Origin: Lytechinus pictus
Taxonomy: Eukaryota
Length of the DNA: 64,000 bases
Direction: 5' to 3'
Assembly: GCF_037042905.1 (NCBI RefSeq)
Contig: NC_087251.1
Location: forward strand, 2,544,001 to 2,608,000
The notes below the pieces were generated by a model that was not told the origin of the DNA, made no database searches, and saw only the letters and a program-made list of their open reading frames with translations. A program made the translations under genes and the position numbers. Below are positions 40,601 to 53,916 of this stretch, in pieces. Numbering within the stretch: position 1 is the first letter of the stretch; every line of letters begins with the position of its first letter.

Positions 40601-42033
40601 AGAAATATTGTAGATGATTTCATCAAGGGACACAACCCATCCCCCCCCCCCAAAAAAAAAAAATTATCCAAAAATCTATTTGAGATATTTTCAGTCTTAT
40701 TCTCTATAACCCTGTTCTCACGATAATTCTTAGAAGGATCAGTGGTAGAGCGATCCATTGGATTACTTCACTCAACATGCAAACATGTAAAATTTGTTGC
40801 TGTGGTACAAAATCTTCTGAGGTTTATCATCAACACGGGTAATCCCCTTCCCTCACCTTCTTCCCATGTGCTGTTATAACAATATTCATTCCTCGACTAC
40901 TATACTTGCATATTGGATAAGTCGGTCTATGAGTAAAAATTATAAATATGATTATGTATGTATACATACATACTTGTGAAGTACCAAAAGCAGCGTGCAG
41001 ACCAGTTTAGTGCGGACCAAGCATGGAAAAAATATTGAAAGGGTTCTTAGAGATGACCTGCTGATTACTTATTGTTGCATTTCCCTTTTTTACCAGCTTT
41101 TCATAATTAACTGTTATTTATTTAAAATGCTTTTGGTTGAGTGCTCTTTTACAGACTATACTTCGTGCATAGAAGCAAGATTTTAAGCCTTGTGGGCAGT
41201 ATACTTTTACAGACTATCAATATGCAGCCATTGCTCTGTTTTATGAAGCAGGACCAGTCAGGGATGTTATTTTCACTATTTTGTAAAGATTTGCCATACC
41301 TCTGTGTGGATAGGGTTTTGTTCTTTGTGTATTGTGGTAATTTTCTCAGAGATCATAAGTTGGAAGAATAAGAGTTTTATTCCTTTGTCACACTAATCAC
41401 ACAGTAATCAGACTTTTATATTAAAACTTAGGCAAATAAGATTTGGATGGAATATGAAATTCAATCACATATATTGTATCCTCCATAGAACCTTCAAACA
41501 CATATCTCAACTTTGATTGTATTTTGAACTCCTTTTGAGATGGCTCATTAAAACAGTGATGGTTAATTGTATCATGAATCATAAATTTCATGTATGTTTC
41601 TATTCATAGCTTTTGATATCTTTCAAGCAGTCTTATCCACCCTCTCATTCTCCTACAAAAAGTTATTTTGAAGACACCACCCTGTGTGCCATCCATGTAA
41701 CAGGTTACCAACATCCCAAAGAGTTTTGGATTCACTCTTAGCCAATTTTTTTCTTGAATTCTGTTAGAATTCTTTAATATCTTGTATCTCTTCCTGATTA
41801 TTTTATCAATTGTTTTGATTAAATCATATAGAATGGGAATAGTACTATACTTATTCAACATCTATAGTAGACAGCAACCTGCCCCTTGCTTGTTTTCAGA
41901 ATTGCAAATATTTTTTGTTGGCTTTTTTTTTTTTGGGGGGGGGGGGGTTTATATCACAAATTTTATGATATTGTCAAGTAAGCTTCAAAGTGACATGATG
42001 ATGATCTGCTATCTGTTAAAAAAATTATTTTCA

Positions 42034-43009
42034 TTTTTGTCTCACCTGCATAGCAGAGTGAGACTATAGGCGCCGCTTTTCCGACGGCGACGGCAACGGC
42101 GGCGACGGCGGCGGCGGCGTCAACACCAAATCTTAACCTGAGGTTAAGTTTTTGAAATGACAGCATAACTTAGAAAGTATATGGACCTAGTTCATGAAAC
42201 TTGGCCATAAGGTTAATCAAGTATTACTGAACATCCTGCCTGAGTTTCATGTCACATGACCAAGGTCAAAGGTCATTTAGGGTCAATGAACTTAGACCAT
42301 GTTGGGGGAATCAACATCAAAATCTGAACCTAAGGTTAAGTTTTTGAAATGTCATCATAACTTAGAAAATATATGGACCTAGTTCATGAAACTTATACAT
42401 AAGGTTAATCAAGTATCACTGAACATCCTGCATGAGTTTCACGTCACATGACCAAGGTCAAAGGTCATTTAGGGTCAATGAACTTTGGCCGAATTGGGGG
42501 TATCTGTTGAATTACCATCATAACTTTGAAAGTTTATGGATCTGATTCATGAAACTTGGACATAATAGTAATCAAGTATTACTGAACATCCTGTGCAAGT
42601 TTCAGGTCACATGATCAAGGTCAAAGGTCATTTAGGGTCAATGAACTTTGGCCAAATTGGGGTATTTGTTGAATTACAGCCATAAATTTGAAAGTGTGTT
42701 GGTCTAGTTCATAAAACTTGGACATAAGAGTAATCAAGTATCACTGAACATCCTGTGCGAGTTTCAGGTCACATGATCAAGGTCAAAGGTCATGTAAGGT
42801 CAAAGAACTTTGGCCACGTTGGGGGTATTTGTTGAATTGCCATCATATCTCTATAAGTGTATTGGTCTGGTTCATAAAACGTGGAAATACGAGTAACCAA
42901 GTATCACTGAACATCTTGTGCGAGTTATAGTAGTTTTCAAAATCAGCACTGCTGCTATATTGAATCGCGTGATGCAGGTGAGACGGCCAGAGGCATTCCA
43001 CTTGTTTTT
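42034..43009 (+). mobile_element. Second Helentron/HINE-like element with ~163-bp internal array
   Basis: GTCTCACCTGCA..GCAGAGTGAGAC 5' end, expanded GGC/GAC microsatellite, GTCACATG at 42251/42443/42606/42768, 3' TGCAGGTGAGAC plus hairpin remnant, inserted in a T-run. Confidence 0.88.
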
Positions 43010-44245
43010 CAAGGAAGTGTTTAGTGTTGTTAAAAAATTGCAGTTTTTTATATTGAGAATTGAATTGTTGATTGAGAAAGAGGATTAAATCATTGAATGA
43101 TTTGCCAAATGTATGTCAGCATATAGTAGCTGAACCATCCAGTTGTGACCATTCACAAGAGGCAGAGTCAACCCCAACAACAAGTTGTAATTACAATACT
43201 AGAGGAAACTAAAACATGCATCTCAAAACACCCTGAGATATTCGCAAGGGGGGTCGGCTTCAGAAAAATAATTACACTTCTCAGAATACCAATAATACAA
43301 ACACAAACCAATGTTACCCACCCTAGATGGTTGCTTCAAGAACTGAAGGTTGGGATACATACTTGAACCTCATTGATTAAGGTTTGTTTGTGGAAGTCAT
43401 ATGGATAGCAGAGTGACAGTAATGAGCTCAATTCCTTGCACTAAGTTCCCAGGGAGTTCATTTCCATTCTCAACAAAAACATTGGTCAGGAAAGAGAGGG
43501 AGAGGGAGAAGAAAACACATGAGGGGGAGAAAGTACAGGGATTATAGAGAAATCAGAGAAGAGTAGAGTGATGGTGATGGGAGAGATAGAACAAGAGAGA
43601 GAAGAGGGTAAGAAGAAAAGAAAAGGAGAGAGGAAATGAGGTTATGTGCTGCAGAGAAATGAGTAAGCATTTTGGGTCATTTTAGGCATTTTCTTGGGGT
43701 TATTTTGGAAGGAAATGTGAGGTTATTGATATAGTGACAGTAATAGGAGTAAAGAGCCTTTGGGAAAATATCTAGTATTTCCTCACCATGGACTCTGAAC
43801 CCATTTAAACCCTCCATCCATTTCATTTTGACGCAAACCAAAATATGCAGTGCCACTGCTGCCTAGCCTATCGGCAAGTTGAAGGAACCACTTATCTTGA
43901 CTTCAGTCTCTCGTTCAAGTCTAAATGCAAATAAATGTGTGAATTTCTAGACTACAAAACTATTAAGAAGACTTTATTAAGGGCTCAATTACATCCAATT
44001 CTCATTGATTTGAATTTGATTGTTTTGGTTTTTCAGTATGACTCTCATTTATTCCCCGAGACCCAATAATTTGGTAATTTCAGGTTCAAGAAGCTGCTTT
44101 GATATCTTGGTTAATAACTTTAGTCCTGAACATGGGAGGTGGAAATAAGTATGGAAGAAAGTATTATGATTGAAAAGAGAGGAAGCAGCAAAAAAAAGAC
44201 TTTAAAGATTATTGTAAAGATTGTAAAGAATCATGGAGAGAATCT

Positions 44246-44390
44246 GGGGAACGTCTCATCAAAGGATTTGTTGGATGTTTCATCCTACAGTTACCATAAT
44301 AATTGTGCTTCTCAGCCAATCGAAATCAAGGAAAGTTGTCATATCTGACTTATCAAACTTGTCAGATGAAAAATGTTGAAATATTTTCCT
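44246..44390. mobile_element. Decayed ~145-bp MITE
   Basis: GGGGAACGTCTCATCAA left end with a degenerate inverted right end (TGTTGAAATATTTTCC); internal TTGTCA-TATC-TGAC palindromic motif. Confidence 0.5.
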
Positions 44391-47300
44391 TGAATGATTC
44401 TAATCATATACTTGGGGTGTGAAGAATCAATTTACTATGGCTAGAATAACAAACATAAATCAGAATCAAAACACAAACACAAAAATAGCAATTTCTGGAG
44501 AGTATTCAATTACATTGCATCTCCCTCTTTGCAGCCGATCCATCATGCATCAGAGATCATTAACTTTGACCCAGGAAGTAAATGTCAACCTTTGGAGTGT
44601 ATGCAATTAATTTCCAAAATGAAAACATTACAATCATGAATGAGATCTCTGTTGCATTCGTTCGAATTTAAATGTCCATGTTTCTTGAGAATGACCTTTC
44701 AAGTCATTTATTTACAGCATTTCATATTTGAGTTTTGAATGAAGTTTATATTTTTGATTAAAAAAAATAGAAAAAAAAAAAAATTCGTGGTTTCAACTAG
44801 ACGAACACGGCCCAAGTATAGTTCTCCTAAAACTCCCCCATCTTTCTCTCCCCCCTACTTAAATGGTCTTGAACGTAGTAGGGTCTATTGATTGTGTGTG
44901 TGTTGTGGATGCATCCCCCCTCTTCATTCTCCCTCTCTCTCCTGTCTCTCACCAAAATGTCATTGACCCACAGAGTAATAACCCAACCAAAACAGCCATT
45001 GTTAATGGAATTTAGAAGAAGGAAAAGAGATACAATCTCATAAAGAGTAATGCATTAATCATTGTTTTGTGGTTTACTCATAAAAATATGAATATTGTGA
45101 TTACTGCTGACAATGATAAAAAGAAAATATTGATTTACGTGAGGAGAACGCTGCACATAGGAAGTGATGGATGATAAATCATTCACTCTTGATGACAATG
45201 GATAAACTTTGTATTTTTGCTGGCATCTATACTTGGAACTTTAATGTTGTAATTTCTTTTTTTTAAATTGATTGTGGGATAACACTCTTTATTTCTTCTC
45301 AAAGATGGTGTATATGTTATGACTAAAAATGATTTCATTTGAGAGTATATTCAGGAAGCATGGTAAGATTGGATTCAGACTTCTCATTTTTCTATTTTAT
45401 TCCTTATAAGGATGTGTCAGCATAGATATTACTGCTCATTTTTTTTCTAGTCGCTTAATTATTTCCTTGTATATTTTTTTTAAACATTTGCATTACTATC
45501 AATTTACATTTGAAAATAACGACATTTTTACACACTTTATAAGAAAAGGGAAATTTGTATAGCAAAGGCATTATTATCGGGACTATATTGAAAATTGATT
45601 TGTTATTCCCTGAACAATTAAGCCTTATTTTATTGATGTACATTAGGTTATAAATCCTGCTTGCTTGAATATTATTTGTAATATAGCAGTAAGCAAGGCT
45701 CATAAACTGCCTCTAGAAAAAAAAAGCCACTGCTATTGCAAAAGTCTGTCTAGGTTTCTGTGTGTAAAATAGCTAAAAGCATTAAAAAGGAGTAAGTTGA
45801 ATACCTTTAAATTAATTGACCTTGTTCATATACTTCAACAATAGGATCGTATCCATAAAAATGCCAGCTTTGGGGCAGAAAATGAAGTTAGTAAATGTGT
45901 GTTGCAATGAAGGGAATATTTAGAGATGTCTTGAACAAAATGGAAAGAGGAGTGATTATAATTTCATTAATATTTTCATCATGGACATTACTATTGTTAT
46001 TTTTGTTGTTTTTGTGTGTGTTTAATATAATGGACATGTTTACAAAAGAACATAAAAAAACTGACTAACATTAGAGTTCAATGTTCTGAGATCTCAGTCC
46101 ATACTTTTGATAGTGTGTCTATTTTGGCCTTCTGCTAACATCTGTTGTATTGTTCTTTAGTTTGACCTCACCGCTTTGTAAAAAGTATAAAAATCCTTAA
46201 ATAATTCTTGCTTGTCCTTGTTTCCAGCAAATAATTGGTTGATTATGCATGCAAGATTAGGTATGAAAGAAATACCGGGAACTTTTGGATACAATTGAAA
46301 CCCCACAAGTTTACATCAGCCCCTGAAATGTGCAGAATGCAAGGAGTAAATAAAGGTTATGATGAGCAGTGGTGGCAATAGATAATTGGCATCAAAGCGA
46401 TAGAAAATGATGGTCTCATCTTGTCTGAATTCTGGGAGATTATCTGTGTAAGACATTGTTTTATTTATAGTCTGCATACATTCTCTGATGACTTTTATTA
46501 ATAGGCCTATCATTAATATTCAATTCAGTGTGTTTACATCACTAATTGAAATTCAAGTTCATTTATTTCACATCTCTGGAATAAATGTGCCTCTAATAAG
46601 AGGCATATTCTGTTTCAACAAGCTATCATGATACAATGACTCAAAACCTTCACATCAAGAGCTTGTTCAGTTGTTGTGTAAATGGGACCTTTATGATTAT
46701 CTTTTTCAATAGGTTTTCATCAGTCCATTTCAGGTCATTCTTGCTGTAGCATGCATGGAAAATAGGACCTGGGCTACAGATGGACAGGTACTATAGGAAT
46801 AGAGTTTATTTACCAGATTCTATGAGGAAGCCTAAATGTACTACAATTAGTAATCTCAAGATATAACTTATGAAATAGCTTCTTAATGTGATATTGATGA
46901 GCTTGAGGCTTGAGCTAGTTATGATCATAGTAATTTACCCCCAGATCAGGACTAGCTGGCTCTTATGAAAAGTTGGACTGATGAGGACAGACCCAAGTGA
47001 AACATGTCCTTGAGATTTATGAATTCAAATTAGGAGGAAATTGGAGGATAATAATGCCCCTGGCTTGGAGATGAGAGAAAAGTTGTTGAGAAAATAATGA
47101 AATCCATGTGAGATATACAGGTTCATGATGATTGAGTATTACTGGTCAAATAGAACAGTTTCTTAAGAACACTGTCCAACCAATGATGCCTCATGCTCTT
47201 GTTAAAGGGGTGGAGTAACTTCTCTGAAAGTGAATAAAGTTATTTCCTTTTCTTATTGTATCAAAATATTTTAAGACAAAAGTATAATATATTTGAGGTT

Positions 47301-49499
47301 CTTAAAGCTCAGAAAACACACAATAATGTCCAAGCCAGTGAGCAAGTCTACTTGAGACAAGCAAATATTATGCCTATCAGAGGAATTCTTGTATGATGGC
47401 ACTTCAAACATTGATATTGATATAATTTAAAAAAAAAAATTATGAACATCCACAATAATGTGAAAGCTTGTGCAAGTCATCTTTGACCTAAAAGTTTGCA
47501 ATTATCATTGTAGCAGTTTTTATTCTGGACAAAGTTACCAATAAACTGCCAAAACAGAAAACTTTGTAATGGTATTAAATATGCTCTGGTTCTGAAGAAA
47601 GGCTTATATAATTACCTGATTACATAGGCTTATCATTATCAACATAATTATTATTTTCATCTGACCAATCCCCCCCCCCCATTCTATCCTAGTAGTTAAA
47701 GGATAAAGTAGTTACTGGATAAAGTACTTAGCATTTATTTGAGCCACCAAAACTTGTGGTTTGTGGTTATTAGGTCCCACTGGAACATAAGCAGAACTAG
47801 TATATTGATATTTTTCTGGCAGGGACTTTCTCCTTCCTGAGAAGAAGTTCAATGATATAGGACAGGTTGCACTGAGCTACTATTTCAATGTTTACAACAG
47901 ATATGTTAGTCTGCAGGCACAGACACTGATTCATCTGATGAAACTAAGTGAGATAAATCTAGCACTAATACCAACTTGAGTAAGCAATACGCATGCCCCA
48001 TTCAGGGTCTTTAGACTGCATATTCAAACCACTTTCCACATGTTTTAGTAGCAAGTGGATTTTTAAGTTTTACAGTCAAACATGAGGTAGTGCCATGTTA
48101 TGTCCCTTTGATTAGTGATAGATTTGGAACCACTGCACTGCATTTCTTCCATTACTGTGGTTTTCATTCTTTTTATTACCATCATTGATTTTTGTTTACA
48201 GTCATTATTATAGGTGTCATTATCATTGTAATGTTGTTATTATCATCGTTGTTGTTATCAGCATCATCATTTCACTCTCGGCTGGAATTAATATTTTTAA
48301 AAATTGATATATATTGAGATATTTTCCTACAGCTAATTGAAATGCCAGTCAATGAAAATTGGGGGAGGGGTTTATTTACCTAAACTTGGCCAGGTTTGTA
48401 GCCCTACTGGGGGTGTCTTCATCAGAACAAAGTTACTGCTATAATTTATTGCTGATTAGATGAATTAGGTGAGTAAGAGATTATCAGGCTTATTTTCTGC
48501 TCCAGCCTGCTATTTTTCTCAACAAGGTAGAACAAAACATTGTGGACTTAATTAAAGAATAGATTGCTAAACCATGAATTAGCTTGTAATTTTGCTGGGT
48601 GTCGTCCCCAGACTGAAGTTAAGCCCAATCTCATGTCTTATGGAGGATCTGCTACATGCCAACTTCGTTCAGGCTTGAAATAAAAATTCAAATTCGATCT
48701 TTGTTCAGATGAAGACACGATGTAAACTGGAGCTTGCTTCAGCTGATTCACCTTACAGAAGGCTAGAACAACCACTTCATTCTGATAAAGACACAACTAG
48801 TGTTTGGCAGCTAAATATAATTAACAACAGCAATGTCATTGATAACCCCCATTGCTTGCAACTTGCTTCACCTTCTACACATTATAAAAATTACTTTTAA
48901 AAGTGCTTTTGGGGTAGACTGTATAACAGCCTATTCTCCTGTGTTTGTTTTCTACAGAACCCTATTCAATTCATTTCCCCTTACCAATCTAAGAATATAC
49001 ATCCACCAATTTCCTCCACAGACTAATCATAATAGATCCCTGGAAATCCCATCTCCACTTTACCCCTTCTATTCTCTCATTTACCCCTCTCTTGATTGAG
49101 CTTGGTCCCCCAAGGGGTGGTATTATTACCCATATCAACAGAGATGATTACACAGTCACCAATACCAAATCATTCACAAAACCCTGTGTATTTTGTGTTG
49201 CTCTAAACATTTGATACCCAATTCATGATATAGCTTGCTATTGAGAATGGTTTATAAAGAAATCCACAACACAGAAAATTGATTGATATATATGAGGGAA
49301 TGTTTGGGGTGGAGGAGGGGGGGGGGTGTCGATAAAAGTGCATTGAGATGTATGATTATTAGAGGTCATTCACCACAGCCTCCAGCCATTTCAACCACAA
49401 AGCTATTCCAATCTCATTTAATAACCTCTCTGCACTTGAGGGTTTTACTTGAAGGTTACAGGTTCTGTACTAAATTAATATATTTTCTAGCTCAATACT

Positions 49500-49806
49500 T
49501 TTTGTGTAAACATATTTTTCTTAGAAACTATGAATGAGAGCCATATTTACATGCTACATGCTACATATTGTTAAGAAATGTCTATTTTAATAGCACTTAT
49601 CTGTTTATTTTATGTTGGGTGCCTGATTTTAAGACTTTATCTTGTCTTCTTTGGCTCCCCCACAGTAATATACATTTCTTTGTATTACTTTTAAACAACT
49701 CGGTTCACTTTCCTTTTTTTCAGTTATGTTTGTTTGTTTCCTATTTTTGTACATATTTGCAATGTTTTTATATTATTGTGGAAATAAATGATTTGATTTG
49801 ATTTGA
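49500..49806 (+). mobile_element. Probable LINE 3' UTR/tail (left boundary approximate)
   Basis: T-rich stretch ending in AATAAA followed by (ATTTG)3. Confidence 0.5.
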
Positions 49807-50090
49807 ATAGACATGATCTACAAAAATGATTTGATTCTACATTATACATGAAATTTTCTAGTATAGGCCTATATCTGGTATTCTTTGGAGGCGTGTCATT
49901 TACACTATTTTAACCCAAGAAACATGGTTTGTAATGTGGTTTAGTTCAAACCATTGTTGTTTTTAAAAAATTCTTGTTTGTCAGACATCTTTCAATACAT
50001 TAATATGAAACGATGACAAAGTTGCATTTTGAGATGCAATTTTGCAGAACCATGGACGAAGTCAGATTTTGCAATCCTGGTTCTACATTA

Positions 50091-51026
50091 GGCCTTCCAC
50101 AGTTAAAGTGAAATCCATGTCATTTTCACCAAACTTTGCGCATAGATACTTTAGAACCTTAATATTCGAAATATTCAAAAATTAACATAGGTCCATGTGC
50201 TTGATTCTTTGCTATAGAGCTTCAAAATTCACCCAAATTGATGTTCTTAAGAATTGCGCATTCAAAAGAATTTGGCATTTTTAGACCGCCCAAGATTACT
50301 ACAATAAGTTTTAAACCTCTATTACTCAGTCAAAATACATTAAAAAGTCATCAAATTTCGCAAGAGAGTTAATAATTGTATCGTTAGAGTGTAGAATCTA
50401 CTTATAGTGCTATTTGTTTGCAATTTTAAGTTTAACAGCACTGTCAGTTCTTAAAAATGGGGTAAAAGATAACAAAATCCCAATCTAAAAAATGTAAAAT
50501 TTCAGTAACAAACTACAAACGTACAATAAATGCTGCACTTTATTTAAAATCCATGTCATTTTCACCAAAATTTGCAGAGTTGTAGAGGAAGGTATACCTA
50601 AGAGGTACAAACATTGAAAAATAGGGGTTCATGCGCTTGTTTTTAAACTATCAGCATTTTTATTATAGCAAATGTGCTTTTTAAAACACAAAAAAATGCG
50701 CCGAATGCTTTGTATCTATGTGAAGAAAAAATCCAAACCACTCTACCATTTATTCAAACTCGTGGTAATATTTGTGATTCTTGGCAGCACTGCAGAGTAA
50801 AGTATTTTGAAATTGTAGAGATTTTTTTTTTAATGTTCCATGGAATAATTCAATTTGTTAGCTTCATGAAATAACGCATCTGATCTACAGTTAAAGTGCA
50901 GAAGATGAGAAAAATCAGCTCATACCCGCAGCTAATTAATCACCTGTTCATCCATTGTGACGTCAGCGCGTAGAGTGTAAACTATGCGCAGATCATAATG
51001 CGCACAAACATAACTGTGGAACGTCC
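50091..51026 (+). mobile_element. Non-autonomous TTAA-type (Kolobok-like) DNA transposon
   Basis: GGCCTTCCACAGTTA / TAACTGTGGAACGTCC TIRs, TTAA on the right and ATTA on the left; internal repeat of AAATCCATGTCATTTTCACCAAA (50111, 50547). Confidence 0.8.
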
Positions 51027-51102
51027 TTAAGTTCTAGCTAAGCCAAAGTTCCTTATACAGTCAATGGTCACTACCAACAACATTGAGGTTTGTATGCTAA
51101 TG

Positions 51103-51234
51103 GGTATACCTGGGTGAAGAGTGGCCTAGTGTGGATTGATACCTTACCAAAGGACGCTAGGCGGTAATGGGATTTGAACACATGACCCTCAGACTGCAAG
51201 GCTAGCGTCAGAACTGCTACACCAAAACACTTCC
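51103..51234 (-). mobile_element. Old truncated tRNA-derived SINE
   Basis: Minus strand TGGTGTAGCAG (A-box-like), GTGTTCAAATCCC (B-box-like), then ATCCACACT..CACTC..ACCCAGGT core shared with the 62160 SINE. Confidence 0.7.
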
Positions 51235-52071
51235 AATATGCGCATGACTGAACCGTTAGCAGGCCCCAAATTGTAGGATCATGACTGAGTTCTCAATTGT
51301 GTTCTCTTGAGTTTAGGTTGCATTTATTTGACCTCATATATAAGCAGGAATCACAAATATGAATCATGATTCAAAACACAAACATAAATCACAGGAACTT
51401 CAGAATCAGGGTGGAAAACATTGAAACTGACAATGAAACTAGGATGAAAAAAAACATGGTTGGTTAAACCTAAACACAATGTTGTATATAGTTATTATAG
51501 TGCCATTATGATGAATACTAAGCATCGCATGAAAAAAACAGAATGTGGTTAGGATGGAGGAAGGGGGTCATTGCTTCTCATTCATATATCCACTTCCTGC
51601 CCACGGCCATTTACACCAAAACTACATTGGCCTTGGAGTCGTGTTGTCTCCATGGACCAAACAAACGATTCAACAGAAAAAGTTCAAAATCACACATTTG
51701 GCTTCATTTACACTAGGGCCGTCTGCACCATCCCGAAGTTTCAAATTAGCGCGCTATTTCTGATCCGGCAAATTATCCCGATCTGAAAAATCTCGAGATA
51801 GTTGGCGGTGCAGACGCAATTATCGCGCTAGTTCGTAGGATTAATCTCGAGATTGCAATCCCAAGTCAACTCGGGTTTATTTGCAAAATAGCGCGCTATT
51901 TTACGAATTATCCCGCTAATTCGTCGGTGCAGACGCACTCGAGATTGGACTCGGGGTAATTTATTCATGACGTCAGTCCATAATGCAATTCGCGTTCCAC
52001 TTCCGCCTTGGTCAAAACATAAACACGTGCGGAAGTCAACTTTATACATGCGAATAGCGTTCATAAGCAAC

Positions 52072-52215
52072 GATGGTGTCCCACCAGTGAATGGATCTTG
52101 GGAGAGACCAGACCGAAGGGGGAGGCGCTCATCGACTAGTCTGCTGGGCAAACCCTTCGCTCGAGTTAAGGGTCTGAATGTGCAGCCTACTCATGCCTTG
52201 TGTACTGAAGGCTCT
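52072..52215 (+). pseudogene. Remnant of the Myb/SANT-like DNA-binding gene of the Harbinger element
   Basis: Removing the 52137-52189 insertion and one frameshift gives GSW....EALIAL(C)TE, similar to the W-x3-E-x2-ALI-x-LW-x-E helix of Myb/trihelix domains. Confidence 0.4.
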
Positions 52216-53315
52216 CTCGCGAAGGGTCTGCTTCATCTTATGAAGTTGGGCACAAATTTTGCTATGTCAATCATTGTGAGTTTGTTACCATGACATTCCC
52301 TCTCTGAACTCTCCTCCCACTAGCTGGTCAGTTGGGCCAGTCACCTGCTGGGCAGGAGATCAACTGGTGTTTGTTTAATTACACGCTGCATCGCACTTAT
52401 ACTCCTGATTGAAACTCCAGTCTAGCATTATGCAATAGCATAGTGGCAAACGTATATGGCAAAATATGTCTTGCCATGGTCCCTGAATGTTGCTTTCTCT
52501 CTTTTTGAATCTTGATAGTTTTTTAATTGTGCATGTTGGTATGTTTATTCTTTTGGATCACACAGTGTTTTTTTTTAAACAAAGCCCTTTTCGTTGCTTA
52601 TAATTAACACTGTACAGCAAAGTTTTATCAAACAAAAATAATCTTTGACAGCGCAGGCATAACATTTTATCCTACATGTATAGGCATCAGAAGGCAAAGA
52701 AAGTTCGGGAAATATTCTCCAAAACTGCAACATCATATATATCGATTTTGTTGATATTATCTTAATTATCAAGGTTTAGTTTGTAGGCTTATATGGGTTT
52801 GTTTTCCCCTATATGATTATTGGAAAACAGCTAAGCATTTATCAATTTACACTCACTAAATTTGATATCAAAGATACTCTCGAATAATTCATATTCATCT
52901 ACAATATGCCTTTTGTGGTTCCACATGTACAAATTTGCTCAGTCATATTAATAATTTTTCATAATATATGATTACAAACAGAAGGAATTGAAATATTTCA
53001 CATCATAAGATAATGCAAATGAAAATGGTGTGTGACATGGGTAATTCTCTCATTTGCATGATGATCAGGAGGTAGGCCTTCATGTACAAATGCATAAACA
53101 TTAAACTCAATGTTTTGTGAAAAATTAATGTCATAACATTCTTACCTTAAACACCAACTCAATTACTTAAAATGGTAAAAGAAAGAAATAACATTTTATA
53201 GAAATTACACTAAAAATGAGACAGCAAAAAGCCGAACAAACCCTGGAAAATACAAAACTACTAAAACCTATATATCAATTGAAGTACTGATCGAAAAAAA
53301 AAATGAAAACATTAA

Positions 53316-53916
53316 AGGTCAAGTCCACCCCAGACAATTGTTGATTTGAATCAATAGAGAAAAATCAAACAAACATAACGCTGCAAATTTCATCGAAATT
53401 GGATGTAAAATAAGAAAGTTATGAAATGTTTAAGTATCGCTTAATATTTCACAAAACAGTTAAATGCACAATTCAGCGATTTGCAAATGAGAGTCTGTGA
53501 TGTCCATCACTCATTATTTCCTTTGTTTTTTATTGTTTGAATAATACAATATTTCAATTTTTACAGTTTGACAATAAGGACCAACTTAACTTAACCATAA
53601 ACTGTTAAAATAATAGTAATTCCACATGTTCAGGGAGAAATAAAACTTTGTTTCCCTTGACAAGGAGGAGAAAATTAGAATATTTCATATTTCATATAAT
53701 AAAATACAAAAGAAATAGTGAGTGGGTGACGTCATCAGTCTGCCAATTTGCATACCGACCAGGATGTGCATATAACTGTTTGGTGAAATTAAGCGAAACT
53801 TTAAAATGTCATAACTTTCTTAATTTACATCCGATTTTGATGAAATTTTCAGTGTTTTGCTTGTTGGATGTTTCTCCTGTTTTGAAATCAACTATTTGTT
53901 GGGGTAGACTTGTCCT
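53316..53916 (+). mobile_element. TTAA-type (Kolobok-like) MITE, copy A
   Basis: TTAA-AGGTCAAGTCCACCCC ... GGGGTAGACTTGTCCT-TTAA with long imperfect TIRs. Confidence 0.92.

Noticed and set aside
46740..47250. Coding-like decayed stretch (also ~3900-4330 and ~41600-41900)
   Set aside because: No motif I could identify and multiple stops; needs a frameshift-aware search before any call.
48333..48468. Exon-like AG..GTGAGT segment
   Set aside because: All three frames contain stops and it overlaps a MITE fragment.
51828..52293. 107-108 aa ORFs on both strands, and similar ORFs at 56.5-57.9 kb and 61455-61790
   Set aside because: They lie over GC-rich transposon arms or MITEs where stops are rare, and show no recognisable domain in frame.
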